Source: Octopus bimaculoides
Taxonomy: Eukaryota
DNA: 64,000 bases
Reading direction: 5' to 3'
NCBI RefSeq assembly: GCF_001194135.2
Contig: NC_068985.1
Coordinates: 77,716,728 to 77,780,727, forward strand
In this document: positions 36,511 through 59,448 of the stretch, piece after piece
How the letters are laid out: every line of letters begins with the position of its first letter
Position numbering within the stretch: the stretch's first letter is position 1
The notes under the pieces: generated by a model
Told to the model about the DNA's origin: nothing
Databases searched by the model: none
Seen by the model: the letters and a program-made list of their open reading frames with translations, nothing else
Made by a program: the position numbers and the translations under genes

Positions 36511-38716
36511 TATGCATTAGATATACATTATATATATATATACACATCATATATAGCTTCATACTGTAAACCCTGTTATGCTGATCAGCTGCTTCTGTTC
36601 TACTGATGATGATGATGGTGTTGGTGATGATGATTGTGGTGCTATTGGTGGTAGTGGTAGTGGTGCTGGTCTAAACTGATGGTGGCATGATGATTCAATT
36701 GCAAACCATGGAAAGTCATTGTTTTGTTCCTTTTTGTTTTTACCATCTTGTTTATATATACATGCAGATACACATCTATAACGTGTGTGTGCAAATGCAT
36801 TCACATATGCATACACACACACACATATATATGTGTGTGCATGTATATATGTTTATACATATATACTAACAAGGATTTGTGTACTGTGTATGCATAATGT
36901 CAAGAATATGGAAGCTTGGTACTGTAGGCAGAGTAAAACCATTTATATACCAGACAGTATGATGTGATTACCATCAGTTTCAGCTTCATCTTTCAGTTCT
37001 TCAGATTGCAAAATTTAGGAATTGGAAGCCGAAACTTACAGTAACTTCAAACGTCTTGTATTTTTCAGTTGATGAAATGTGTGCGTGTACGTGCATGCAT
37101 GTATGTGCAAACACACTCACACATAAAGTGGTTGTCCATGGTAACGTAGGCAATCAAAGCAAGAGATTCACATTCTCTTGACATTTATCTGTCTCTCTTT
37201 TCCCTGCTTTATCCGTTTCTGTTGCACTGCCTTGTGTTTGTGATCAAGAACCCTATCTCTTTTTGACTGAGTACACTCAGCCACAAATTGATGCCAGATA
37301 GTCATCCAACTCATTGCTGTAAGTAATGGCTGCATAGAAATGCATAATTGGTTTGTTACTTAGTTGGCAATAGTGAAGGTGCATAAACTTGTGGTTAGAG
37401 TGTTGCACTCAAGATTGGGAGAGTGTGGTTTCGATTCCTGAACTGGGCAGTGCATTGTGTTCTTGAACAAAACACTTTTCATTTCATGTTGCTCCAGTCC
37501 ACCCAGCAGTAAAGGAGTTTCCAGCAACAACCAGGAAGTTAACCCTGTGATGGACTAGCATCTCGTTCAGAGGTGTGTGTAGTAATATCATTCACTTATA
37601 CTCCATAGAAACCAGGCTAACCTCCAGCCTTATGAGTCCTCATGACAGACCCATCTTAATTGACAATGCCGGGTTCAATCTTTTATCCTTCCTGTGGGAA
37701 ATGCTAAGAAAACCTTGAAATACATATTGACTGTCCCATCTATACCCTTGGTATTCACAAAAGAATGTGTCTGTGTGTTGGCAGTGAAAGAAGATTTTAT
37801 GCCCGCAGTCATTTTCACTGTTATTTTTCTTCTCTATTTTATTCTGTTTTACTTTCTGATTCTCTGTTAATGATAGTTTCTGTTAAGTATCTCATCATAG
37901 GAGGAAAGGATGAGTAATAAATGAACACTGGGATTTTTTTCTTCTTAATTTTACACATATACACAGACAACAAATCTATGCCTAGATTTCACTTTACATT
38001 ATATACACATACATATGAATTCTAGAATAAAACTGATGTCACACACACTGTAAAAGCTAAACAATTTCTGATACTGTAAAAGCTAAAAAATGTTCTGGGG
38101 GTGTTTTTGTTGGGGGACGGGGGTTAATGTGTACTTTAAGACAGGTGTGAAAAGCCTTTTTATTGTAGGTTTTATGAGGGGCATCACTTTTCAAACAATA
38201 ATTTAATAATTTGATAAACATTGTATGTGATATATTACATTAAGTAAATTATAAAAATTAAATTGATAGTAAGTGATAGTAAGAGAATGAGAGAGAAATA
38301 GAAATGAAAATGCTCAAACTAACAGTTGAATATAAAGATTTATTATATTACAGACTTTTCCTGAACAGATATATTTATATAGGCATGATTTTTACATGTC
38401 CCATACAAAAAGAATTAAAAAGCCACATGCAACTCAGGAGTTTCAAGTTGATCAGGCCTGCATTAGGGTGTATTATATACAATGAGATTATAAATACATA
38501 TACTTTATGCATACATATATTCATTCATACACACTTGGTGTAAACACAAGAATTATATCTTCATGTACTGCTTATGTGTAACTCAATGATGATGCTCTAC
38601 AATAAGTCCTACCCACTGGGGGTTCTTGTTCTTCCATTTTTTTAAATTTTTATTTCATCTCTTTCATTCCCTTGTAGCTCAATTCTTGGCAAGAGAACAT
38701 CAAGTGTACAATGTGC

Positions 38717-38747
<31 letters not shown>

Positions 38748-40062
38748 ATTTAGCATGTTACTATTATTATTATTATTATTATTATTATTATCATCATTAT
38801 TATTAATAGGGTGATGGGTTGACAGAATGCCTTGAGGCATTGTTTCTTAGTTCTTTATATTTTAAGTTCAAATCCCACAGTTGACTTTACCTTTCATCTC
38901 TGCAGGGGTTATACTGGAGTCAATATAATCAACTGCATACTCTCCCTTTCCACCTAAATTTCAGGTCTTGTGTTAATGTTTGAAACAACTATTATAATTA
39001 TGCCATGTGGAATTTGTTTTGGCTTTTTTTGATCTGAGTTCAGATCCTACAAGGGTCCACTTTGCCTTTCATCTTTCCAGCATTGATACAACAAATACTA
39101 TTAAAGTACTGAAGTTGACATAATCAACTGCTCTCTCCCACTAAAATCTAAAACTTTGTTTTTATGTAAGAAATAATAATAATAATAAATGTCCTGGTGC
39201 AGTACCATGTACATGTTTTGTCTTGGTATAAAAGATGGGCTACAGCAAATATTCTGCTCAATGCTACAGATTTGCTTGTCAGTTTGTTTGACCATAACCA
39301 GTTGAGCATGTCCCTCAGTAACTGATGATGTGTGCATCTCTGATCATGAGCAGCAGGAGTATTGAGCATCATAGTCATGTGTTGAGAAGAATTTTGTGGG
39401 GTTTGAATAATTCACCTCTGGAAACCTGTGTTTCATTCATAATCCTTAATCAAACCTTATTCAAGGATCTTTTGAGCAGGATGAACTACTCAACCTGAAG
39501 AAAATTCTAATTCGGCTCCACCTGCAAGGTCATGCACTGTTTATTTTGATATGACATCACTATGTCATGCACATATGGTTATGATACATGTACCTGGTGT
39601 ACTCTTATCAGACAGGTAGTCATAATGGACACATTAGCCTTTGTATATTTGTAGCCCAGTGCCACTTTGATAGCCCTCTCACTTGATAATAATAATGATA
39701 ATTACTGTAATTAGTAAGGCCTGTGAAATGCATAGCTAATGAAGTACCAGGCAGAATGTCTTATTACATCTTTAGTTAGTCTCTTCACATTTGTGTGTGT
39801 GTGTTTCAGATTTTCCCTGCTAGAGTTGACTCCTTGGCTTCAATCCTTCCCTGATCAATAAAATAAGTAGCAGTCATGTTAGCCATTATTTCTATACCAT
39901 GTAGCTTTGTGCCAATGATGGAAGCAATTGTTAATTTTATTCACTCCTTTTCATAGTTTGTATTCATTTGATATGTCACTGAACATCAGTTTTGAATAAT
40001 TCTAAGGAGGGTGAGACCCTGACCAAGAATCTCACTCATTATATAATATACAAGGGACATTT

Positions 40063-40103
<41 letters not shown>

Positions 40104-41928
40104 TTTTTTGAATATGTTTTGCAAGAATGTTTTTAGTTAGGGCCATTTGTAATATTTAGTGCCTATTTAGGTAGGGTCATCAGATATTTTTGTGTTTCCA
40201 AATGTATAATATCGGTCAGTGCTTTCTGTTTGCCAGATTTATACATTTTTTAAAAATTACTTTGATGAGACCTTGTCAAAAGAAATAGGTATAACTATTG
40301 GTAGAAAAGAGCTGTTGTCGTATACTGGGAACATTGCTTCTGTGAGTTAAATGCATGTGTTGGTTTAGCTTTCTGCACCTTATCTACTATGGTAGCTGTA
40401 AATGTCTCTAAATGCTACACAGTATATTGCTGCATTCATATGTGCATACATTTTATGCTTGGGTATATGTACATTGAGTGTCCTGAGGTGTTATAAAATG
40501 AGTGTTTGGGTAGAGGATTATTTTTTTCTTCATTATCCACCTGCGCTATAAATATCAGATCATATATATATAGTGTTAATAATGCTCATACGTGTATACA
40601 TACTTATACATGATAGTGTATAAGTATATATACATTATGTATGTTATCTCACTGAACATATCTGTGGTGAGATAATGTGTCAAGAGTTGTGGAAGGGTCC
40701 TTGATTAAAAGTTGACCCTGCTATTTGTTGACCTACAAAATGGAGGCTACAGCCACAACTACCATCACCACCACCACTTATCCTCCTCTACTCAATGAAT
40801 TCTTTAATCACCAACCCATGCTCTCCAGCCCAGTCCTTACACAACACCACCTAATTGTGTTCAATTCTCTGTTCACCACCCATCCCCTCTCTTTCATTGT
40901 CTCATTAAATATCTTGCTAATTTTTAATGATTTATGCTGTTTCATACCATTGTGTACACACATACACACGACCTATTACATGATGTATTATTGTTTTGCT
41001 TTTCTTCTGGATCAAACTGGCTTGGTCAGGATAAGAATAGACATACATATACATAGCCATCCTTATTAAGCTAGTGTGTACCCCTGGCAATACACTTAAG
41101 CCTGTGAGTAGGGAGATCTCTGTTTTCATGCAGTATGTATGACAAGATCACATCAGATTATATATGTGGTGTGTGTATTTCATTAAATGCATAACTATGT
41201 TCAAGTTTCATTTTTCTTTATTTTAGATTTTTCATTTTTTTTTTTTATTAGCTTTTTATGGTTGGTTTAGAACAGTAAAGTTTTCTAAATCCACTTCTGA
41301 CATTTCTGGATCTTCACAGTCTCATTATCAAGAATTGAATTCAATATATTTGACATTTGTGTTGTTTCTTATAACAAACTCCAAATATATTCAATTCAGT
41401 TCCTTTGAAATGAATCTGAAGGACTGGAAATGTTGGATATGGATTTAGGAATGTTATGGTTCCAAACCAGTTGTAAAAAGCTAATAAGAAAATATGAAAA
41501 AAATCTTTAGAAAAAACATGAGGCTTGAATACTGTGCATTTAATGGAACACTATATGAGCTGTTCTACCACACACATATAGACAAAATTGACAATTTCTA
41601 TATATATGCATGTTTTATATACCAAAGAGTTTGAGTTACTTAAATGGCTTGCCAATGTTGTCTGAAATAGAATTAGTGAGGCTGATCATGTCATTCTTGG
41701 CACTCGTTGCAAATTTTATTTGGTAACTGTTTTCCATGCTGGTCATTAAGTTTTGAACCCTCTTAATAGCATAACAGCTTTGCTGCTATTGGAAGGGAGA
41801 TAACCATTTCTTCATAGTATTTGGCAGGATGAGAATTTTGAATTTCAAATTAAGGAATAATGAAAAGTACGCATTAATAGACACAACACACACACACACA
41901 TGTGCCATGCTTGACTCATGCATCTGTT

Positions 41929-41970
<42 letters not shown>

Positions 41971-43152
41971 GCCATGCTTGACTCATACATCTGTTGCTAA
42001 ATTTAATAGTTTATTTACCAGAGCAATCTTAGAATTGTTGAAATGGCTTTAGGACTCTCCCCCACCCCACCTTATTGCCTTATGTATTTTTGTAGTAAGT
42101 GGCTGCTTGTACCCCTTAGTCAAGTACCAAGTAATAATTTATCCCAAAACTCAAGATTGCTTATTATAAAAGCAGAGGGGAAAGGTTTATGTGTAATGCA
42201 TTTATTTGCCACACCTAACTAACCCTCAAGATACGTCTATAGTTATTGAGTTAAAAGAACCTGTTTTGTTTACTTGTTTTATATTTTGTTAGTGGTGTAG
42301 AAAGTTGCTATAAATATTGCTGTTCTCAGTAATTAATCTCAGCAGTTTATTTAAAAAATTATTATTTATTATAATTGACTGACAAAAATATTTGAGAATA
42401 TTTTTCATGACATTAACCTATCTTATCTCTGTTCAGTGCTTTACAGTTATTGTTAGCTCCACCTTTGTCTTGGAGTGACCTTCAACTTTTATGTAAACCA
42501 CCTGTCTTTTTGTTTGTTAGTTTGTTTGCTTGTGTTTATTTTTTTTATAATTCTGGTTTATCATGGAACACCCATTTAGTTTGTTACCTACTGGGCGAGG
42601 GCTAACATGATCTGCTACCTAGTTCTCATAGTATACAATCTACCTAGACATAATTATCTAGCTATCCATAAATAGATAGATAGACAATTATGTTTTTGGA
42701 ATATCTCAAAGTACACATAAAGCTGTAAATATTGGGTTGAAAAAATCCCTTTTTGGATAGAAAAAGTCGACGGGCAGCCTTCAACTTCTCCTGTCCAATA
42801 TTTACATGATATTATTATGTGTACTTCAAGAAATTCCACAAAAAGAATTTGTTCACATTCTCTCAAAAGTTTACAAAATTCTTACGATGTCAACAATCTA
42901 GGAACATTTTCACTTATTAATTATATTTTCAATTATGTTTCTATAACATCTTTTGTAAATGATATGCCATGTGTCCATGTTTGCCCATCTTATTGTATTT
43001 CTATCACACACTCTAGCTACACAGTTCTTATAGCCAACTGCAGAATTATTTTTATCTTGATTAGAAAGTTGGATTTTAAGAGTTTTAGACATTCCGAGCA
43101 CTGATACAGTTTTCATCTGTTGTACACTTATTCTAGCATCTTCTCACCCACT

Positions 43153-43202
<50 letters not shown>

Positions 43203-43320
43203 TTTTCTTGCAAAAGTACCTATACTTCTTGTTGTCAGCTACTGCATGTTATTCCTATCTTCCATAGTAATTTTATGGGATGGTTATATATGCAGAACTC
43301 CTTACAACTTAGGATAAATG

Positions 43321-43482
43321 TAGTAATAATGAAAATGATTTGTGAATATAAATTTTTATACTTTATTAATGCCTTGCAACATGTCTCTGCACAGAATTTA
43401 CATGTGCTATACAGAAACATATGTCACAAGGCATTAATAAAGTATAAAAATTTCCATCCACAAATCATTTTTATTATTACTA
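43321..43482. repeat. AT-rich foldback of about 75-bp arms with a 12-nt loop
   Basis: 27 bp perfect (43350-43376 / 43427-43453) plus imperfect inner and outer extensions. Confidence 0.9.
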
Positions 43483-44036
43483 TATACGTATGTATGTCAT
43501 GTTTGTATATTTTATTGTTGTGTATATAAACAGATTGGTTACTTGTCTCTCTGGGATGGTTTCAAGTGGTGTAGACACCTGATGAGACCCCAATAAGAGT
43601 CAAACATCAATTAAGGCTGTTTATCGTTGCTTTCAGTCTGTGGAGAAATAGTTAAATTTACCATGTTTGTATATCTACTATGTAGGTTTATATATATATA
43701 TTATGATTTCATTTAGGCATAGTGATACTAATAACCAGTAGTTAGAACTCGATATACATACAATATAAGAAAAGCTTGAGCAGTAGATAAATATGTTAAT
43801 TGCTCTGTTGTTCCTCTGTTTTGGTTTATTTTGCTGCTTTTGTACCTGGTACAATGTTCCATTGTGCCAGGATAGAATCCTATTTTATTAGATATCATGT
43901 TCCATCCTATTGTTAATCACTTGGATGTTAAATAGGAATATAGTTTTTGTGTTTTTTAGTCAGGCAGTCAGTTATGTACTTTAGTAGATCCAAATTTGTG
44001 ACCATTTAATTCATAGTCCAGCTCTAACTTCATGAT

Positions 44037-44070
<34 letters not shown>

Positions 44071-45343
44071 NNNNNNNNNNNNNNNNNNNNNNNNNNNNNN
44101 NNNNNNNNNNNNNNNNNNNNNNNNNNNNNNNNNNNNNNNNNNNNNNNNNNNNNNNNNNNNNNNNNNNNNNTATATATATATATATACATATACAAATGTG
44201 TGTGTGTGTGTATGCACCCACATACACGCACTCATGTACATATACACATACATATATTTATTATACATCTACAAATACACATCTCTTCCTTGCATTCCCT
44301 CCAACACACACATACACACACTGCAGTTCCAGTTTCTCAAGTCACTCTCTCTCTCTCTCTGTTTTCCTTTTCTTTTTTAATCAGTTGAAGTAGCTTGTCA
44401 CTTGAAAACTTAAGTACTATTTTTCATTATGAATGTAAATGTTATATATATATATATCTATCTAAAATCTGTCTTTCATCTTAGAAAGCAAGTTTCCCAT
44501 GCATAGTTGGCCATTTGTTGGAGTCTAGGACTTCTGCATCAGCAACCACTTGGTTGTTTTTGTTTGTTTTTCTGTTTTGTATTTGTTTTTGTTTTTGCCC
44601 CCCTTCCTCACATACTCCAGAAAACCCATTTCTAAGTGCTGTTATGAGATAGTATATCTTCTGTGCTATCTTGCATTGCTGTCATATTTGCATTGTGCGC
44701 GTGAGTGTTTGTGAATATACATACATAGTCATAGACTCATTTCCTCCCCCCCCCCATCACTGTAACTCTTAATTATATCAATCATGGTCAGGGGTGTAGT
44801 ATAATTCAGGGTATGCTAGGTGAGCACCACCCAACCCACCGATGGTTAATTTCTTTTTATAATAATTCTATTCTCACAGAATCATGATATAATCTGGCTA
44901 TAATTTGTTTTCAGATCTAAGCTAATAATACACATTCATAAACAGATTAAGTCAGTTTGAAGTTATGTATGGAAATAAATTAAAGTTTGCATTGTTTACA
45001 ATTATACCAGTTGTAAGCTCTGCATGATGGCACACCCTATGACATACACCACTATCTACCACTCATCACAACCTTGCTGTATAGTTCTATAAATTTTACA
45101 TTAAGCCATCACACCACATATCTTCACAATATTCATGTATATGAAATCATCCATCATTCTTACTGTGTTACATCATACCCAGCAACCTGCACATAGCTTT
45201 CATATTGCACACCATATTCTATGATATTCTAACACGCAACCCTTTTGCTCAAGTTTCTTGCCCGTAACACCTTGCTTGCTTGGCTTCGAGTCAAGTATGA
45301 AAAGCTTACTCAATGCCATAAGAAATGTCTTCACCCTGCCATG

Positions 45344-56779
<11,436 letters not shown>

Positions 56780-57124
56780 ACTATCTCTTTCCCAACTGCT
56801 AAAAGATTGAGAAGATGGAGAAATTTTTCCCTAAGGAAGATAACAGGATGCCCCATGCAATGAACTTAGTGGACAGTTGGATCCTTCCTATTCAAAGATA
56901 ACTTATTGATGTAGGAATATTTGTGATCATGGAAGCAGCAAGAAATAGTAGCCAGATTCCCTTAAATCACAGCCTAGTATCTTCAAAAATGATAATGTGG
57001 TCTTACATACAAGGAGTAGGATTGGTCATGGGTCTTCTCAGTCAGGGATGATCTGGGGCTAAACAACATCCTCGATCAGGTCTGCTTGCAGGATGACAGC
57101 ACTGTGAAGTCTGTGGGAATTTAC

Positions 57125-57171
57125 TTTAATGTGACATGACTTGGGTGCCTTGTAGGGTCAGAGATTTTTCT
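57125..57171 (-). other. Possible 5' UTR exon of the uncharacterised gene
   Basis: Strong acceptor tatttttcttttatttcag| and donor AAA|gtaaat; contains a stop in the downstream coding frame. Confidence 0.35.
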
Positions 57172-58701
57172 CTGAAATAAAAGAAAAATATGATGCTCAA
57201 CAGGTCTATATTGTGACTCAGAAATAATCCTTTATAGAATAAGCAAAGGAAAAAGTTCCAACTACCTTGACTGACTACTTCATATCTGGATTATTTGTTA
57301 ATTTATGTTGTTGTTTAGTAGTGTTTAGGAAAAATAATCACAATGACATTAATAAAAACTGGAAATACCAATGTTATTTGTCATCCTAATGTCAAACATC
57401 TATACAAAATACATTTAAAAATAAAATGCTGCACATACAAACAAACTCTGCAAGTGTCAAAACATTATCATTTTCCATGCTGGCATAGATTAGGTAGTTT
57501 GACTGGAACTTGTAAGCCAGAGAGCTGTACCGGACTCCAATTTGATTTGGCATGATTTCTACAGCTGGATACCCTTCCTAACACCAACCATTGTAAGAGT
57601 GTAGTGGGTACCTTCTACATGTCACTGGCACAGGTGCCTTTTATGCCTCACTGGCACAGTTTTTATGTGTCTGCAATAATACAAGCAATATTAAAAATAC
57701 CTTTATAAAACTAAAAGATTGTATCATATATCTCTGTGTCTCTCCCAACATTCATGTAGCGATGATTCAGAACACTGAAAGCTCACCATTCTAAATTATA
57801 CTCAAATCAGATCCTTTTACAAGAACTTATATATTTAAAACTTGCATTCAATGTAGAGATATCACAAATAACATTTATAAATTATTTGGGAACAACACTA
57901 CACAAAAATGCAGACTTTTAAATAAGAAAAACCAAAAAACAGCAATGCATTAATAAAGTCAAGGCCGAACCAATCGTAGTCAAAATTGTAGTCATAGCCG
58001 ATACCAGTGTCACATAATTGGCACCTATGCTGGCACATAAAAGCACCCATTACACACTCGGAGTGGTTGGTGTTAAGAAGGACATCCAGCCATAGAAACC
58101 ATGCCAAATTAGACTGGAGTTTGGTGCAGCCCCTCAGCTTGCCAGCCCTGGTCAAACTGTCCAGCCCATGCCAGCTTGGACAACAGACATTAAGGGAGAG
58201 GGTAAATTTATACCACAGACCCCAGTACTTGACTAGTACTTTATCTCATCAAACCTAAAATGTAAAGTTGACCATAGCCAGATTTGGACTGAAAACAAAG
58301 GTCCAGAACAAATATGGCAAAGCGTTTTCTTTTTTACACTCTTAACATACATATCTCATTATTTGATGTGTTTTTTCATGCTGGCATGGATGGACAGCTC
58401 AGCAGGAGCTAATGAGCCTGGGGATTGCATCAAGCTCTGTCTCTTTTGGCATGGTTTCCACAACTGAATACCAATCTTAATGCCAACCACTTTACAGAGT
58501 GTACTGAATGCTTTTTATGTAGCACCAGCACAAGTGAGGTCACCAAGAGGCTTGCAAGACAAGACCCTCAATTAAGAGGGTGGGGAGTAGTAATGAGGGA
58601 GACAGCTTTGCTAGATAATGAAAGATTAAACTACAGATAGAGGGTTTTATGTGTGTGTGTGTGTGTTCACACACACACATTAGATATATATATATATATA
58701 T

Positions 58702-58844
58702 GCAGCACAATTTTGTCAGTGAACAGGTCGCGGTCTCAAAGCGCCGAAAATATTTTGACAAATTAAATTTAAATGTTGAAGTGAATCTGACGGCTTTTGT
58801 TATATTTTAAATGGCTTATAAACACCTTCCACGCTGCAATTGTT

Positions 58845-58845
<1 letters not shown>
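58702..58845 (+). ncRNA. (AT)n-flanked ~145-bp repeat holding an apparently intact minimal type-I hammerhead-like ribozyme (G3-C8 variant)
   Basis: 7-bp stem I TTTGTCA/TGACAAA, core GTGAACA, stem II GG(T)CGC/GCGCC, GAAA, palindromic AATATT stem III. Confidence 0.55.
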
Positions 58846-58876
<31 letters not shown>

Positions 58877-59192
58877 CTGAAAAATGATTGGTTTACTGAT
58901 ATTGGAATTTTAAACCAGATCTTGGTTTCAATCAACCAGCACTCATTAATTCCATCAGTAAGTTAAATTGAAGCAAGTTTAATTTGACCAAGTGCAAAAA
59001 ATAAAATTGAATTTGCAATTGTAAGCTTAGCAACTCAGCCCTCCACTTCTCTGGAAATTAGAACATCTGCAAATGGTACAAGACTGGATACAAAAATATG
59101 TTTGACAAAAGTAATAGATGGAAATCAATGGTACATGGAGATAAATTTCAAAAACAAAAGAAAAGAAAAAAACAAATAGAAAAAATTAAATT

Positions 59193-59204
59193 TTTATTTT
59201 TATT
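59193..59204 (-). terminator. Tandem AATAAA poly(A) signals of POGLUT1
   Basis: AATAAAAATAAA on - about 110 nt after the stop, followed by a long U-rich tract. Confidence 0.7.
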
Positions 59205-59315
59205 TTGAAAATAATATTTTTCTAGGAAAAAATATAAAACGTTTCGAGAAGTCTTTGCTGTTGCCATCAGAGGCCCCCAACTTTTTGTTCATGTCACTAT
59301 CGTTGTTGATATAAT

Positions 59316-59448
59316 CTATTTGATGAGAATCAGATCTTTGTTAAAATGAGGTTTGTAGTTGAACAATCTGGAATAACGTTGAAGAAGAGTCTTCCAGTAA
59401 CATGTGATGTCTTTCATTTGCAGATGGTTCCAGATATGTTTACGGCCC
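59316..59448 (-). CDS. POGLUT1: POGLUT1 terminal exon ([18 protein letters not shown]...DLILIK*)
   Basis: ctgttacag| acceptor; TAG at 59318-59316. Confidence 0.94.

Noticed and set aside
59228-59272. CUGAUGG...CGAAACGUU on - in the POGLUT1 3' UTR as a hammerhead
   Set aside because: A9 is G, and neither stem II nor stem I can be formed.
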